The notes: generated from the sequence alone by a model not told the origin. A stretch of DNA of 37,168 bases from an uncultured Pseudomonadota bacterium (GCA_963842155.1 CAWJFP010000037.1:1-37168); one strand, 5' to 3'. Shown: positions 18,449 through 28,389, numbered from the stretch's first letter. Translations and numbers: made by a program.

Positions 18449-19283
18449 ATGCCGCGCATCCCGCGCTCCGACATTCTCGCGCGGCTCCACGCGATGAAAG
18501 CGCGGGGCGAACCGATCATCGGCGCGGGCGCCGGGACGGGCCTCTCGGCGAAGGGCGAGGAGGAGGGCGGCGCCGATCTTATTGTCATCTACAATTCGGG
18601 GCGGTACCGCATGGCCGGCCGGGGGTCGCTCGCCGGCATGATGCCATATGGCGACGCCAACGGCGTCGTGCTCGAAATGGCCCGCGAGGTGCTGCCCGTC
18701 GTCACCCGCACGCCGATCCTCGCCGGGGTGTGCGGCACCGACCCCTTCCGCCAAATGGATCACTTTTTGGATGAAGTCGCACAGCTGGGCTTCAGCGGTG
18801 TGCAGAATTTCCCGACCGTCGGGCTCATCGACGGCCGCTTTCGGGCGGGGCTCGAGGAGACGGGCATGGGCTATGCCCGCGAAGTCGAGATGATCGCCAA
18901 GGCGCGCGCACGCGACCTTCTGACCACGCCCTACGTGTTCGACCCCCCAGAAGCCGCCGCGATGGCGCGCGCGGGCGCCGACGTCCTGGTCTGCCACTTC
19001 GGCCTGACCGTCGGCGGCTCGATCGGGGCCGCGACGTCGACCCGGCTGGAGAATTGTCCGACGTTGACCGACGCGATGGCCGAGGCGGCGCTCGCGGTGA
19101 ACCGCGACGTTTTTATCCTCGTTCACGGCGGGCCGCATCGCCGAGCCGGCCGACGCCGAGTATGTCCTGGCGCGGGCTCGCCACTGCCACGGCTTCTATG
19201 GCGCTTCGTCGATGGAGCGTCTGCCGGTCGAGCGCGCGCTATGTGCCCAGGTTGCAAAATTCAAAGCGATCAAGAAAGCTTAG
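18449..19283 (+). CDS. PEP-hydrolase-like TIM-barrel protein (PF09370-type; canonical partner of UPF0261, fused to it in plant Tm-1), with an apparent +1 frameshift near the C-terminus
   Basis: [85 protein letters not shown]... matches the family. After ...FILVHGGP the conserved tail [48 protein letters not shown] (stop 19281-19283) lies in the +1 frame. An extra C at about 19136 (ccgCatc) explains the shift. Confidence 0.7.
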
Positions 19284-19339
19284 TGGAGTGAAGAACAGGC
19301 CCGCGTCGGACCAACGGTCGGCGGGCGGGAGGAAGTAAG

Positions 19340-22300
19340 ATGTCCGTCGCCATTCTCGGTAGCCTGATCATCTGGCTGATCGTCGCGGTCATCGTCATCG
19401 CGATCGTCGTCTATTTCGTCAACTGGCTCTACCACCGTTCCTCGAAGGAAGTCTCCTTCGTGCGCACCGGCCTGTTCGGCGAAAAGGTGGTGATCAACAG
19501 CGGGGCCTTCGTTCTGCCGTTCATTCACGAGGTCACCCCGGTCAACATGAACGTCCTGCGCATGCAGGTCGTCCGCAACCGCGATGACGCGCTCATCACC
19601 AAGGACCGGATGCGCGTCGACATCGAGTCGGAGTTTTACGTCCGGGTGCCGCCGACGCGGGAGGCGGTGACGATCGCCGCCGCAACGCTCGGCCGGCGCA
19701 CGACCAACGTCGCCGAGCTCGACACGCTGTTATCCGGCAAGTTCATCTCCGCCCTGCGCTCGGTCGCCTCCGAGATGACGATGGTGGAGATGCACGAGCG
19801 GCGCGGCGAATACGTCGCCCGGGTCAAGGAATCGGCGCTGGAAAGCCTCAAGCAGAACGGCCTCGAACTCGAATCGGTGGCGATCACTGATCTCGACCAG
19901 ACCGACCTTGAATTTTTCAATCCGTCGAACCGCTTCGACGCCGAAGGTCTGACCAAGCTGATCGAGGACATCGAAGCGCGGCGCAAGCTGCGCAACGACA
20001 TCGAACAGGAATCGATGATCCTCATTCGCAGCCGCAATCTCGAAGCCGAGAAACAGGCGCTGGACATTGATCGCGAAAGCGAGACCGCACGCCTCAATCA
20101 GGAACGTGACATCGAGGTGAGACGCGCGGTTCAGCGCGCCGAACTCGCCCGCGAGCGCTCCTTGCGCGACACCGAGGCGGAGCAGGCCCAAATCTCCGGC
20201 CGCGAGGAGGTCGAGAAGACACGCATCGCCCATGAGCGCACCCTCGCCGAGGCGCGCATCACTTCCGAGCGCGAAATTCGCGAGCGCGAGATCGAGCGTG
20301 GTCGCCAGATCGACGAGGCGGAGATCGCTGCGCGCGAACGCGTCGAGCGCGCGCGCATCGCCCAGGAACGGGTCGTCACCGAGGCGCGGATCGCCCGCGA
20401 GGAAGACGACCAGCGACGTGAAATCGAACGCACGCGCAACGTCGAGCAGGCCGAAATTGTCGCGCGCGAGGAGACCGAGAAAGCGCGCATCGCGCAGGAG
20501 GTCGCAGTGACCGCGGCGCGCATCGCCCAGGAGCGAGGAGAATAGGCGCCTCGAGATCGAGCGCGCGCGCAACTTGGAGCAGGCCGAGATCGCGGCTCGC
20601 GAGACCACCGAGCGCGCGCGTATCGCGCAGGAGCGCGTGGTCACTGACGAACGCATCGCGCTCGAAGAAGAAATCCGGCGCCGCGAGATCTCGCGCAACC
20701 GCGCGATCGACGAGGAAGAGATCGCCGCTGCGAAGGCCACAGAAGCCGCCCGCATCGCTCGCGAAAAGGCGCTCGCCGCCGAGCGCATCGCCTCCGAGCT
20801 CGCCACCCGGACGCTCGAAATCGAGCGGACGCGGTCGCTGGAGGAAACCGATATCGCGGCGCGAGAAGTCACGGCCGCGGCGCGCATCCAGCAGGAGGAG
20901 CGCATCCGAGCGCTCGACATCGCCCGCAACCGCTCGATCGAGGAGGCCGAGATCGCGGCGCGCGAGGCGGTCGAGGCGTCGCGTATCGCCCAGGAGAAGA
21001 AGATCGCCGTCGAGCGGATCGCCGCCGAGGAGCTGACGAGGAGCCGCGAGATCGGGCGAATCAAGACCATCGAGGCCGCCGAAATCGCCGCCCGCGAGTC
21101 GACCGAGACCGCGCGCATCGCCCTCGACAAGAAGATCGCCGCGGACCGTATCGGCGCCGACCAGGAGACCCGCGGGCTGGAGATCGCCCGCAACGAAGCG
21201 ATCGAGTCCGCCGAGATCGCCTCGCGCCAGGTCGTCGAATCGGTCCGCATTCTGGAGGACCGCAAGATCGCCGCGGAGAAAATATCGCGCGATGAAGAGG
21301 TGCGCTCGCTGGAGATTGCCCGCAATCGCGCGGTCGATACGGCCGAGATCGCGGCGCGCGAGGCGGTCGAGGCGACGCGTATCGCCCAGGAGAAGAGGAT
21401 CGCCGCGGAGCGCATCGCGGCCGAACAGGAGACCAAATCGCGCGACATTGCGCGCGAGCAGGCGATCGAAGACGCCGAGATCAGGCGGCGCGAGGCCGTC
21501 GAGGCCGCGCGCATCGCGGTCGAACTTGCGCTGGAGCAGGAGAGGATCGAGTCGTCGAAGACGCGCGATGTACTCGACGTCGAGCGCCGGAAAGTCTTGG
21601 AGATCGCCGAGCAGGATCGCTCGATCGAAGTCGCAGCCAAGCTTGCCGAGCGTGCTGACGCCGATCGTCGGGTGAAGGAAGCCGATATCGTCGCGGCGCA
21701 GCACGTGGGGCGCACAGACGTTGTGCGCGAGCAGACCCTCGATCTGGCCCGGCTCGAACGCCGAAGGGCGGTGGAGCAATTCGAGGTCGCCCGCTCACAG
21801 TCACTGCAGGAAGCCGAGATCGCGGCCCGCGAGGAGGTCGAGCGTGCGCGCATCGCCTCGGAACGTGGCATCGACGAGGCGCGCATCCTGCGCGACCGGG
21901 AACTGCGTCAGCTCGAAATCGGCCGCGAAACGGCGGTCGAGACCGCCCGCATGGAGAGCACCATCGAAATCCACCGCAAGTCGCGCGAACAGTCGGCGGC
22001 ACAGGCCGACGCCGAGACGGCCCGCGCCCAAGCGGTCGAGGCCGAGGAGCGGGTCAAGACGGTACGCGAGAGCGAGGCGGCGCGCCGCCGGCGCGCGGTC
22101 GAAGTGCTCATCGCCGAGAAGGAGGCCGACGAAGTGCGGATCGCGGCGGCTGCCGAACAGGTGCGCTCCGCGGTCGAGGCCGACGCGCAGCGGCTCCTCA
22201 ACGAAGCCGAGAACGTTCTCACCGACGCGGCCCGCGCGTCGCTGTTCCGCCGCAGGCTGCTCGAGCGTATCGAAGGCATCGTCCGCGAGAGCGTCAAGCC

Positions 22301-22595
22301 GATGGAGAAGATCGAGGGCATCCGCATCCTGCAGGTCGACGGCCTCAACGGCGGGCGCGGCGGCTCGGGTGGGCGCAGCGCCACCGATGAGGTCATCGAT
22401 TCGGCGCTGCGTTACCGCGTGCAGGCGCCGATGATCGACCAGATCCTCGCCGAGATCGGCATCGAGGGCGGCAGCCTCTCGCGAATGCCGGGCCTCATTC
22501 GCGAGGCGCGCGATATGCAGGGCATCCGCAAGGAGGCGGCGCCGAAGAAGCCGCCCGAAGAGGGCGGAGGCGGATCATCGTCGGGGCAGACCTGA
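19340..22595 (+). CDS. Giant flotillin / SPFH (band-7) family protein (~1085 aa) with an expanded coiled-coil repeat region; one apparent +1 frameshift at about 20535-20545
   Basis: N-terminal TM helix (ILGSLIIWLIVAVIVIAIVVYFV), then an SPFH domain (EVSFVRTGLFGEKVVINSGAFVLPFIHEVTPVNMNVLRMQVV...). A long E/A/R/I-rich repeat region follows, then a flotillin-type C-terminus (...IRILQVDGLNGGRGGSGG...). ORFs 19340..20545 and 20574..22595 join if one G is removed from cgagGag: ...ARIAQER(E)ENRRLEIERARNLEQAEIAARE... continues the repeat pattern without a break. Confidence 0.7.
20040..21650. repeat. About twelve tandem 132-bp (44-codon) coding repeats inside the flotillin-like gene
   Basis: Example: gccgagatcgcggcgcgcgaggcggtcgaggcg(t/a)cgcgtatcgcccaggagaag(a/g)a(g)gatcgccg appears at about 20948 and again at about 21345 (3 x 132 bp) with 2-3 mismatches. 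The protein-level unit is RxLEIxRxRxxExAEIAAREAVEAxRIAQEKxIAAERIAAEQET. Confidence 0.8.
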
Positions 22596-22625
22596 CGGCG
22601 GTCCGAGGAACAAGGAAGGAGCGAA

Positions 22626-23063
22626 ATGCCCCGCGTCTATGTCTCGAGCGTCATCAACGGTCGCTCCGACCGCGTCTGGGCGCGGGTGCGCGATTTCAAT
22701 GGCTTGCCCTCCTGGCATCCGGGGATCGCGGAGAGTCGGATCGAGAACGGCGAACCGGCGGACAAGGTCGGCTGCGTGCGCGACTTCCGCCTGCGCAACG
22801 GCGACCGAATCCGGGAAAAGCTTCTCGGTCTGTCGGACTTCGATCTGTTCTGCACCTATTCGATCCTCGAATCCCCCATGGGCGTCGAGAATTACGTGGC
22901 GACGCTCCGTCTCACCCCGATCACCGACGGAGAGCGGACCTTCGTCGAGTGGACGGCGGAATTCGACTGCCCGCCGGAGCGCGAGGCCGAGCTCGTCTCG
23001 ACGATCGGAGGCGGCGTTTTCCAGGGCGGTTTCGACGCCCTGAAACGCCAGTTCGCAGGATGA
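22626..23063 (+). CDS. SRPBCC-superfamily protein (polyketide cyclase / START / CoxG-like fold)
   Basis: 145 aa; begins MPRVYVSSVINGRSDRVWARVRDFNGLPSWHPGIAES... with the typical SRPBCC opening (x-I-x-A-P-x-D-x-VW); a GGAGCG Shine-Dalgarno precedes the ATG. Confidence 0.6.
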   Translation: MPRVYVSSVINGRSDRVWARVRDFNGLPSWHPGIAESRIENGEPADKVGCVRDFRLRNGDRIREKLLGLSDFDLFCTYSILESPMGVENYVATLRLTPITDGERTFVEWTAEFDCPPEREAELVSTIGGGVFQGGFDALKRQFAG

Positions 23064-23084
23064 GCCCATGACTAGGATGAGGTC

Positions 23085-23546
23085 ATGATCCGGATTGTCC
23101 GCTCGACGATCATCGACGCGCCGACTGACCGCGTCTGGGCGTTCCTGCGCGATTTCAACGGGCACGAACGCTGGCATCCGGCCGTCGCCAAGAGCGCGAT
23201 CGAGCGCGGCCAGAGCGCCGACAAACTGGGTTGTGTGCGGCGCTTCTTCCTGCGCGACGGCTCGGAGCTCCGCGAGCGTCTGCTGACACTCTCCGACCTC
23301 GAGCAGAGCTTTACCTATTGCCTGCTCGAGACGCCGATTCCGCTATTCAATTATACTGCCCATGTCCGCCTCGCGCCGGTCACCGATGGCGACCGGACGT
23401 TCTGGGAGTGGCGGTGTTCGTTCTCGACGAGGAAAGGCGAGGAGGCTGAAATGACGCGCCTCGTCGGCGAGGACATCTATGACGCGGGATTCGCCGCCGT
23501 TCGTGCTCATCTCGCCGCATCCTCGGGATTGGAGGGCCGCGCGTGA
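23085..23546 (+). CDS. SRPBCC-superfamily protein, tandem paralog of the preceding gene
   Basis: MIRIVRSTIIDAPTDRVWAFLRDFNGHERWHPAVAKSAIE... is about 45% identical to the upstream paralog. Its stop overlaps the GTG start of the FAD subunit (GTGA). Confidence 0.6.
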   Translation: MIRIVRSTIIDAPTDRVWAFLRDFNGHERWHPAVAKSAIERGQSADKLGCVRRFFLRDGSELRERLLTLSDLEQSFTYCLLETPIPLFNYTAHVRLAPVTDGDRTFWEWRCSFSTRKGEEAEMTRLVGEDIYDAGFAAVRAHLAASSGLEGRA

Positions 23547-24355
23547 GCATCACGGTAAAGACCTTCGCCCGATTAGCCGACGCGGCCGCGGCGCTCGCGA
23601 GCGAACGCGGGGCGCGCTTTCTCGGCGGCGGAACGCTGCTCATGCGCGCGGTCAATGAGGCCGACCCGGCGATCGAGACGATCGTGCGCTCGAGCGATCC
23701 CACCCTCCTCAACATCGCAGTCTCGTCGGGCCGCGTGGAGCTCGGCGGCGGCGCGACCATGGCCGCGATCCTCGCCGAGCGCGAACTCGCGTTTCTGCAT
23801 CCGGTGGCGCGCGTGGTCGGCAGCCCGGCGGTGCGCGAGGCGGCGACCGTCGGCGGCAATCTGTTTGCGACAAAAGGCGACTTCGCGACGGCGCTGCTCG
23901 CGCTCGACGCGACCGTGATGCTCGCTGGCGGCGTCGGTCAACGCGAGCTGCCGCTCGAAGAGTTTCTCGGTCGTCGCGAGCGGGGGGCCGCGCTCGTATC
24001 GAGCGTCGCGTTCAAGCGGCCGGCGGCCGACGCGTTCCGGTTTGCCAAGGTCACCCGCGTCCACCCCAAAGGCATGTCGGTCCTCTCGATCGCTGCCCAA
24101 TTGCCCCTTGTCAGCGGCCGGATAACCGGCGCGAGGATTGCCTATGGCGGGATGGATCGTACGCCAGTGAGGGCCAAGGCGGCTGAACGGGCACTCGAGA
24201 GCCGCGGGCTCGACGCGGCCGGCATCGCTCCGGCTCTCGCCGTAGCCGCCGACGGCACCTCACCCGCCGACGACGCGATCGCCAGCGCCTGGTGGCGGCG
24301 GGAAATCCTCCTTGTCCATCTGCGCCGGCTGCTGCTCGGCGTCGGCCAAGCGTGA
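23543..24355 (+). CDS. Molybdopterin-dehydrogenase FAD-binding (medium) subunit, CoxM/XdhB-like
   Basis: RFLGGGTLLM and ...REAATVGGNLF... FAD-binding motifs; 270 aa; GTG start coupled to the preceding gene. Confidence 0.75.
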   Translation: MSITVKTFARLADAAAALASERGARFLGGGTLLMRAVNEADPAIETIVRSSDPTLLNIAVSSGRVELGGGATMAAILAERELAFLHPVARVVGSPAVREAATVGGNLFATKGDFATALLALDATVMLAGGVGQRELPLEEFLGRRERGAALVSSVAFKRPAADAFRFAKVTRVHPKGMSVLSIAAQLPLVSGRITGARIAYGGMDRTPVRAKAAERALESRGLDAAGIAPALAVAADGTSPADDAIASAWWRREILLVHLRRLLLGVGQA

Positions 24356-24362
24356 GGCGCCG

Positions 24363-24842
24363 ATGAAGACGCCGATTCAATTTCGTCTCAATGATGAGGA
24401 TGTCGCCGCCTTCGCCGAGAGCGGCGCCAACCTGCTCGACGTGCTGCGCGAATCGGTCGGCGACCTGTCGGTGAAGGGCGGCTGCTGGCAGGGCACCTGC
24501 GGCGCGTGCACGGTGCTTGTCGACGGCGCGCCGCGCCTTGCCTGCGTAACACTGGCGGAAAGCTGCGCCGAGCGGTCGGTCGAGACCGTCGCGGGGCTGC
24601 GGCGCGGCCCCGACCTCCACCCCCTGCAAAGTGCCTTCATGGAGCGCTTCGCGGCCCAGTGCGGCTATTGCACGCCGGGCATGCTGATGGCAGCCAAGGC
24701 GCTCCTCGACCGCAATCCCAATCCCTCCCGGGAGGATGTCGTCGACGCCATTTCCGGCAATATCTGCCGCTGTACTGGCTATGAACCCATCATCCAGGCG
24801 GTCCTCGAAGCCGCCCGCGGCGACAGCCGTCGCCGCGCCTGA
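24363..24842 (+). CDS. (2Fe-2S)-binding small subunit, CoxS/XdhC-like
   Basis: MKTPIQFRLNDEDV... with plant-type ferredoxin cysteines CWQGTCGACTV and a second cluster motif QCGYCTPGMLM...GNICRCTGYEPI. GAGG Shine-Dalgarno 7 nt upstream. Confidence 0.85.
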   Translation: MKTPIQFRLNDEDVAAFAESGANLLDVLRESVGDLSVKGGCWQGTCGACTVLVDGAPRLACVTLAESCAERSVETVAGLRRGPDLHPLQSAFMERFAAQCGYCTPGMLMAAKALLDRNPNPSREDVVDAISGNICRCTGYEPIIQAVLEAARGDSRRRA

Positions 24843-24853
24843 AGGACACCGCC

Positions 24854-26475
24854 ATGCTCGAATTCCGCAAGGACATTTTCGCCGACGAACGCGACGACAA
24901 CCTGAAGGAGGTCGGCCACCCGACGCAGCGTCAGGACATGCTCGGGCACGTCACCGGGACCTCGGCCTATTACGATGATCACCGCTTCGCCAACCTGCTC
25001 CATCTGAAGGTTCTGCGCAGTCCGCATGCCCATGCGCGTATTCGCTCGATCGACGACTCGGTCGCGGCGCGCGCGCCGGGCGTCAAGCGGATCATTCGGG
25101 CGGCCGACGTTCCGGTCAATCTCAATACGCTCTTGAGCCTCATCCAATTCGGCAAGGACGACGAGCCTTCGCTCGCGACCGACGTCGTGCGCTACAAGGG
25201 CGAGCCGATCATCGGAGTAGTCGCGACCAGCGAGCGCGCGGCGCTTCAGGCCCTCGCCATGGTGCGCGTCTCCTACGATCCGCTGCCGGCAGTCTTCGAT
25301 GTAGAGGAGGCGCTGAAGCCGGGAGCCCCGTCGGTCAACGCAACCTATCCGAAGAACACGTTCGAATATTACGGCAAATACGACCACCAGAAGCTTCGTT
25401 TCGGCGACGCCGATACGGCCTTCGCGCAGGCCGACGTCGTGCTCGAAGAGCGCTATCAGATGTCGCCGATCGAGCATGCCCCGATCGAGACCAACGGCTC
25501 AATCGCCGTGCCGGACACGAACGGCCGATTTGTCGTTTACACCTCGACCCAGGCGCTCTTCTTCTCTTTGGACACCGCCGCCAAGATCAATGCGATGCCC
25601 TCGAACCAGTTGCATTTCATCGGCGGCACTGTCGGCGGCGGCTTTGGCGGCAAGGTCGACACCCTCACCGAGCCCCTCGTCATCCTCGCGGCGCGCCTGA
25701 CGGGCGCACCCGTGCGCTACCGGCTGAGCCGGCACGAGGAAATGCAGTTCGGCTCGCCCCGCGGCGCTGAGCGAATCTATGTCAAAGACGGCGTCATGCG
25801 GGATGGGCGGATCATCGCCCGCAAGGTGAGAGCTTATTTCGACAGCGGGGCCTACACGCGGCTTTCGAGCTACGCGGCAGTCAAATGCGCGGCCCATATT
25901 CCCGGACCCTATACGATCCCCAACGTCCACGCGGACATCTTCTGCGTTTTCACCAACCGAACACCGGCGACCGCAATGCGCGGGTTCGGCGTCACGGCGC
26001 TCGACTTCGCGCTTGAATGCCAAATGGACAAGCTCGCCGTTGCGGTCGAGATGGACCCTCTCGAGTTCCGCATTCTCAATGCTTACCGCGACGGCGACAT
26101 GAAAGCGCACCGGCGCGAGGCCAAGAACTGCGCGCTCATCGAATGCGCGCAGGTCGCCGCTGAAAAAGCCAACTGGCCGATCCGCGAGGAATTCCGCAGG
26201 ATGTCGTCGCGGGTCGGCGGGGGGCAGCGCGGACCGGCGGCGGCGCGACCCGGACCGGCGCACAGGCTCCTGTCGCCGCCCCCGCGCCCGCACAAACCGG
26301 GGCAGGCTCGCCCCAGCGTGTCCCGTACGATCGCGCCGCTGCGGCCGCGCCGGCACATAACGTGCCACCGCCGACGCCCGCGCGAAGCGCACCGCCACCC
26401 CCTGCCGCGCCGCCTGCCGGATCGACGCATGGGGCGCCGCGCTTTTCCTCAGTTTTTGGAACACGGAGGCGCTGA
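24854..26475 (+). CDS. Molybdopterin-binding subunit, N-terminal half (xanthine dehydrogenase / aldehyde oxidase family), with a probable Pro/Ala-rich C-terminal tail reached through a -1 shift in a G6 homopolymer
   Basis: Conserved to about aa 450 (...HFIGGTVGGGFGGKVDT..., ...TPATAMRGFGVTALDFALECQMDKLA...). After the G-run at 26219-26224 the annotated frame becomes Arg-rich nonsense and overruns the next start. The -1 frame instead gives AQAPVAAPAPAQTGAGSPQRVPYDRAAAAAPAHNVPPPTPARSAPPPPAAPPAGS... and stops at TGA 26473-26475, 3 nt before the next ATG, which has a GGAGG Shine-Dalgarno. Confidence 0.65.
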
Positions 26476-26478
26476 TCA

Positions 26479-27501
26479 ATGGCCAAGCATCGCGGACGCG
26501 GGGTGGCGACCATCAATTATCCGATCGGCATGAATCTCGGCGGCGATCCGAGCCAAGCGCTGGTTCATTCCAATCCGAGCGGAAAATTCACCGTCGCTCT
26601 TTCCTCGATCGACCTCGGACAGGGAATGAAATCGGTGACGCGGCAGATCTGCGCGGAGACGCTAGGCGTGCCGGTCGAGGACGTCTATGTCGACACCGCC
26701 GATTCGGACACCGGCCCGCATTGCATGGGCTCGTTCGCCTCGCGCGGAACGCACCGCGTCGGCAACGCGGTGATGGTAGCGGCGCGCGAGGCGCGCGCGG
26801 TCATGATGGAGGCGGCGGCGGAGGAGCTTGAAGTCGACCCAGGCGACCTCGAGACCGACGGGCGCGGCTCCATCCGGGTGAAGGGCGCGCCCCACCGGTC
26901 GATCTCCGTGCGCGACGTCGCTATCGCGGCCCAGTTCCGTCAGGGACGTACGATCTCCGGGCGCGGCATTTTCCTGGTGCCGTTGTCGGACGTCGATCCG
27001 GAAACCGGCGAGATGTCGCCGGCAACCTGCTACGCCCACGCCTGTCTCATTGTCGAAGTCGAGGTCGATGACGAGACCGGCGACGTCACCGTGCTGAAGA
27101 TGACAAGCGCCTACGAGGTTGGGCGCGCGATCAACCCCAAGCTCGTCGAACAGCAACTCGTCGGCGGCTCATGGATGGGCATGAGTCACGCGCTCTATGA
27201 GACTACGGAACCGTATTACCCGGATACCCGTGAGGGACCGCGGGACTTCAACGAATACCTGATGCCCGGCCCCGGCGACATCTGTCCGCACGACATTGTG
27301 GTGCTCGAACGGCCCGCCCCTGACGGCCCCTTCGGCGCGAAGGGCCTGGGCGAGATGTGCGCCAATCCCGTCCTGCCGGCGGTCGCCAACGCGATTTTCG
27401 CGGCGGTTGGTGTGCGTATCAACGAACTGCCAATCACGCCGGAGAAAGTTCTCAGGGCGCTGAAAGCGCGGGGCGGCGCGGCCCCGGCGCGCGCGCGGTG
27501 A
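26479..27501 (+). CDS. Molybdopterin-binding subunit, C-terminal half (separate ORF; split large subunit)
   Basis: MAKHRGRGVATINYPIGMNLGGDP... corresponds to the start of the C-terminal Mo-cofactor domain of single-chain XDH-family large subunits. It has its own GGAGG Shine-Dalgarno and ATG, and a conserved ...GPFGAKGLGEMCANPVLPAVANAI... tail. Confidence 0.75.
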   Translation: MAKHRGRGVATINYPIGMNLGGDPSQALVHSNPSGKFTVALSSIDLGQGMKSVTRQICAETLGVPVEDVYVDTADSDTGPHCMGSFASRGTHRVGNAVMVAAREARAVMMEAAAEELEVDPGDLETDGRGSIRVKGAPHRSISVRDVAIAAQFRQGRTISGRGIFLVPLSDVDPETGEMSPATCYAHACLIVEVEVDDETGDVTVLKMTSAYEVGRAINPKLVEQQLVGGSWMGMSHALYETTEPYYPDTREGPRDFNEYLMPGPGDICPHDIVVLERPAPDGPFGAKGLGEMCANPVLPAVANAIFAAVGVRINELPITPEKVLRALKARGGAAPARAR

Positions 27502-27507
27502 TCTGTC

Positions 27508-28389
27508 ATGGCGGTGCGCCGTACCATCGTCGGCATCGGCAGCCCGCGGGAGCTCGAGGAGGCGCTTCGCGCCGCCTACTACCTGGCCGACGAGGAGCTT
27601 TCGACCGCCGCCTATCTCGCGCTCGCCCTCGGCAAGCCGCTCTTGCTCGAAGGCGCGCCGGGCGTGGGCAAGACCGAAGCCGCCAAGGCGATTGCCGGCG
27701 TGCTCGGCCGCATCCTCCTCCGCCTGCAATGCTACGAGGGCATCGACGCGGCGGCGGCGCTCTACGAATGGAATTTTCCGCGCCAGATGCTCGCGCTGCG
27801 CCGGGAGGGCGCCGGCGAGGTCGACATCTATCGCGACGAGTTCCTTATCGAGCGGCCGATGCTCGCCTGCCTGCGGCGTCCCGAAGAAACAGTGCTGCTC
27901 ATCGACGAGATCGACCGCTCCGACCACGAGTTCGAGGCCTTCCTCCTCGAGTTTCTTTCCGACTTTCAGATTTCGATTCCCGAGCGAGGCACCATTCGCG
28001 CTTACGAGCGGCCGGTCGTGATCCTCACCTCCAATCGGACACGCGAATTGCATGAAGCATTGCGTCGCCGCTGCGTCTATCACTGGATCGATTATCCCGC
28101 GCCCGAGCGCGAAATGCGGATCATCATGATGCGCGCATCGGGTGTTGGCGAGCGGGCGGCGCGGGCCGTCGTCGCCGCAGTGGGACGATTGCGCCGCGAG
28201 CCGCTCGCCAAGCTCCCCGGGATCGCGGAGGCGGTCGAATGGGCGGAGGCCGCAACGCTCCTCAACGAACAGGGAACGCGGTGGCCGGAAGCCTTCCGGC
28301 GCTCGCTCGGCGTCGTCCTCAAGGACGAGGACGACTTCGTTCATGTCGCGCCGAAGATCGACGCCATTCTCGCGGAGGCGCAGGCATGA
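27508..28389 (+). CDS. MoxR-type AAA+ ATPase, CoxD-like maturation factor
   Basis: Walker A LLEGAPGVGKT, Walker B VLLIDEIDR, sensor ...ILTSNRTRELHEALRRRC...; it sits in the canonical position after the Mo subunit. Confidence 0.85.
   Translation: MAVRRTIVGIGSPRELEEALRAAYYLADEELSTAAYLALALGKPLLLEGAPGVGKTEAAKAIAGVLGRILLRLQCYEGIDAAAALYEWNFPRQMLALRREGAGEVDIYRDEFLIERPMLACLRRPEETVLLIDEIDRSDHEFEAFLLEFLSDFQISIPERGTIRAYERPVVILTSNRTRELHEALRRRCVYHWIDYPAPEREMRIIMMRASGVGERAARAVVAAVGRLRREPLAKLPGIAEAVEWAEAATLLNEQGTRWPEAFRRSLGVVLKDEDDFVHVAPKIDAILAEAQA

Noticed and set aside
19636-22396. Very long antisense and out-of-frame ORFs (19730..21886 minus 718 aa, 20376..21779 minus 467 aa, 21721..22434 plus, 20131..20523 minus, and others) overlapping the flotillin gene
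   Set aside because: They are Arg/Ala/Ser-rich low-complexity translations of the opposite or shifted frames of a GC-rich 132-bp repeat. The sense frame gives a coherent SPFH plus coiled-coil protein.
23543-27501. Annotating the Mo enzyme as aerobic carbon monoxide dehydrogenase (coxMSL) because of the coxD/coxE/SRPBCC(coxG-like) neighbours
   Set aside because: The Mo subunit lacks the CODH-specific active-site loop (VAYRCSFR or AYRGAGR) and instead has the generic XDH-family GGGFGGK / AMRGFG motifs. CoxD/E-like maturation factors accompany many non-CODH Mo hydroxylases.
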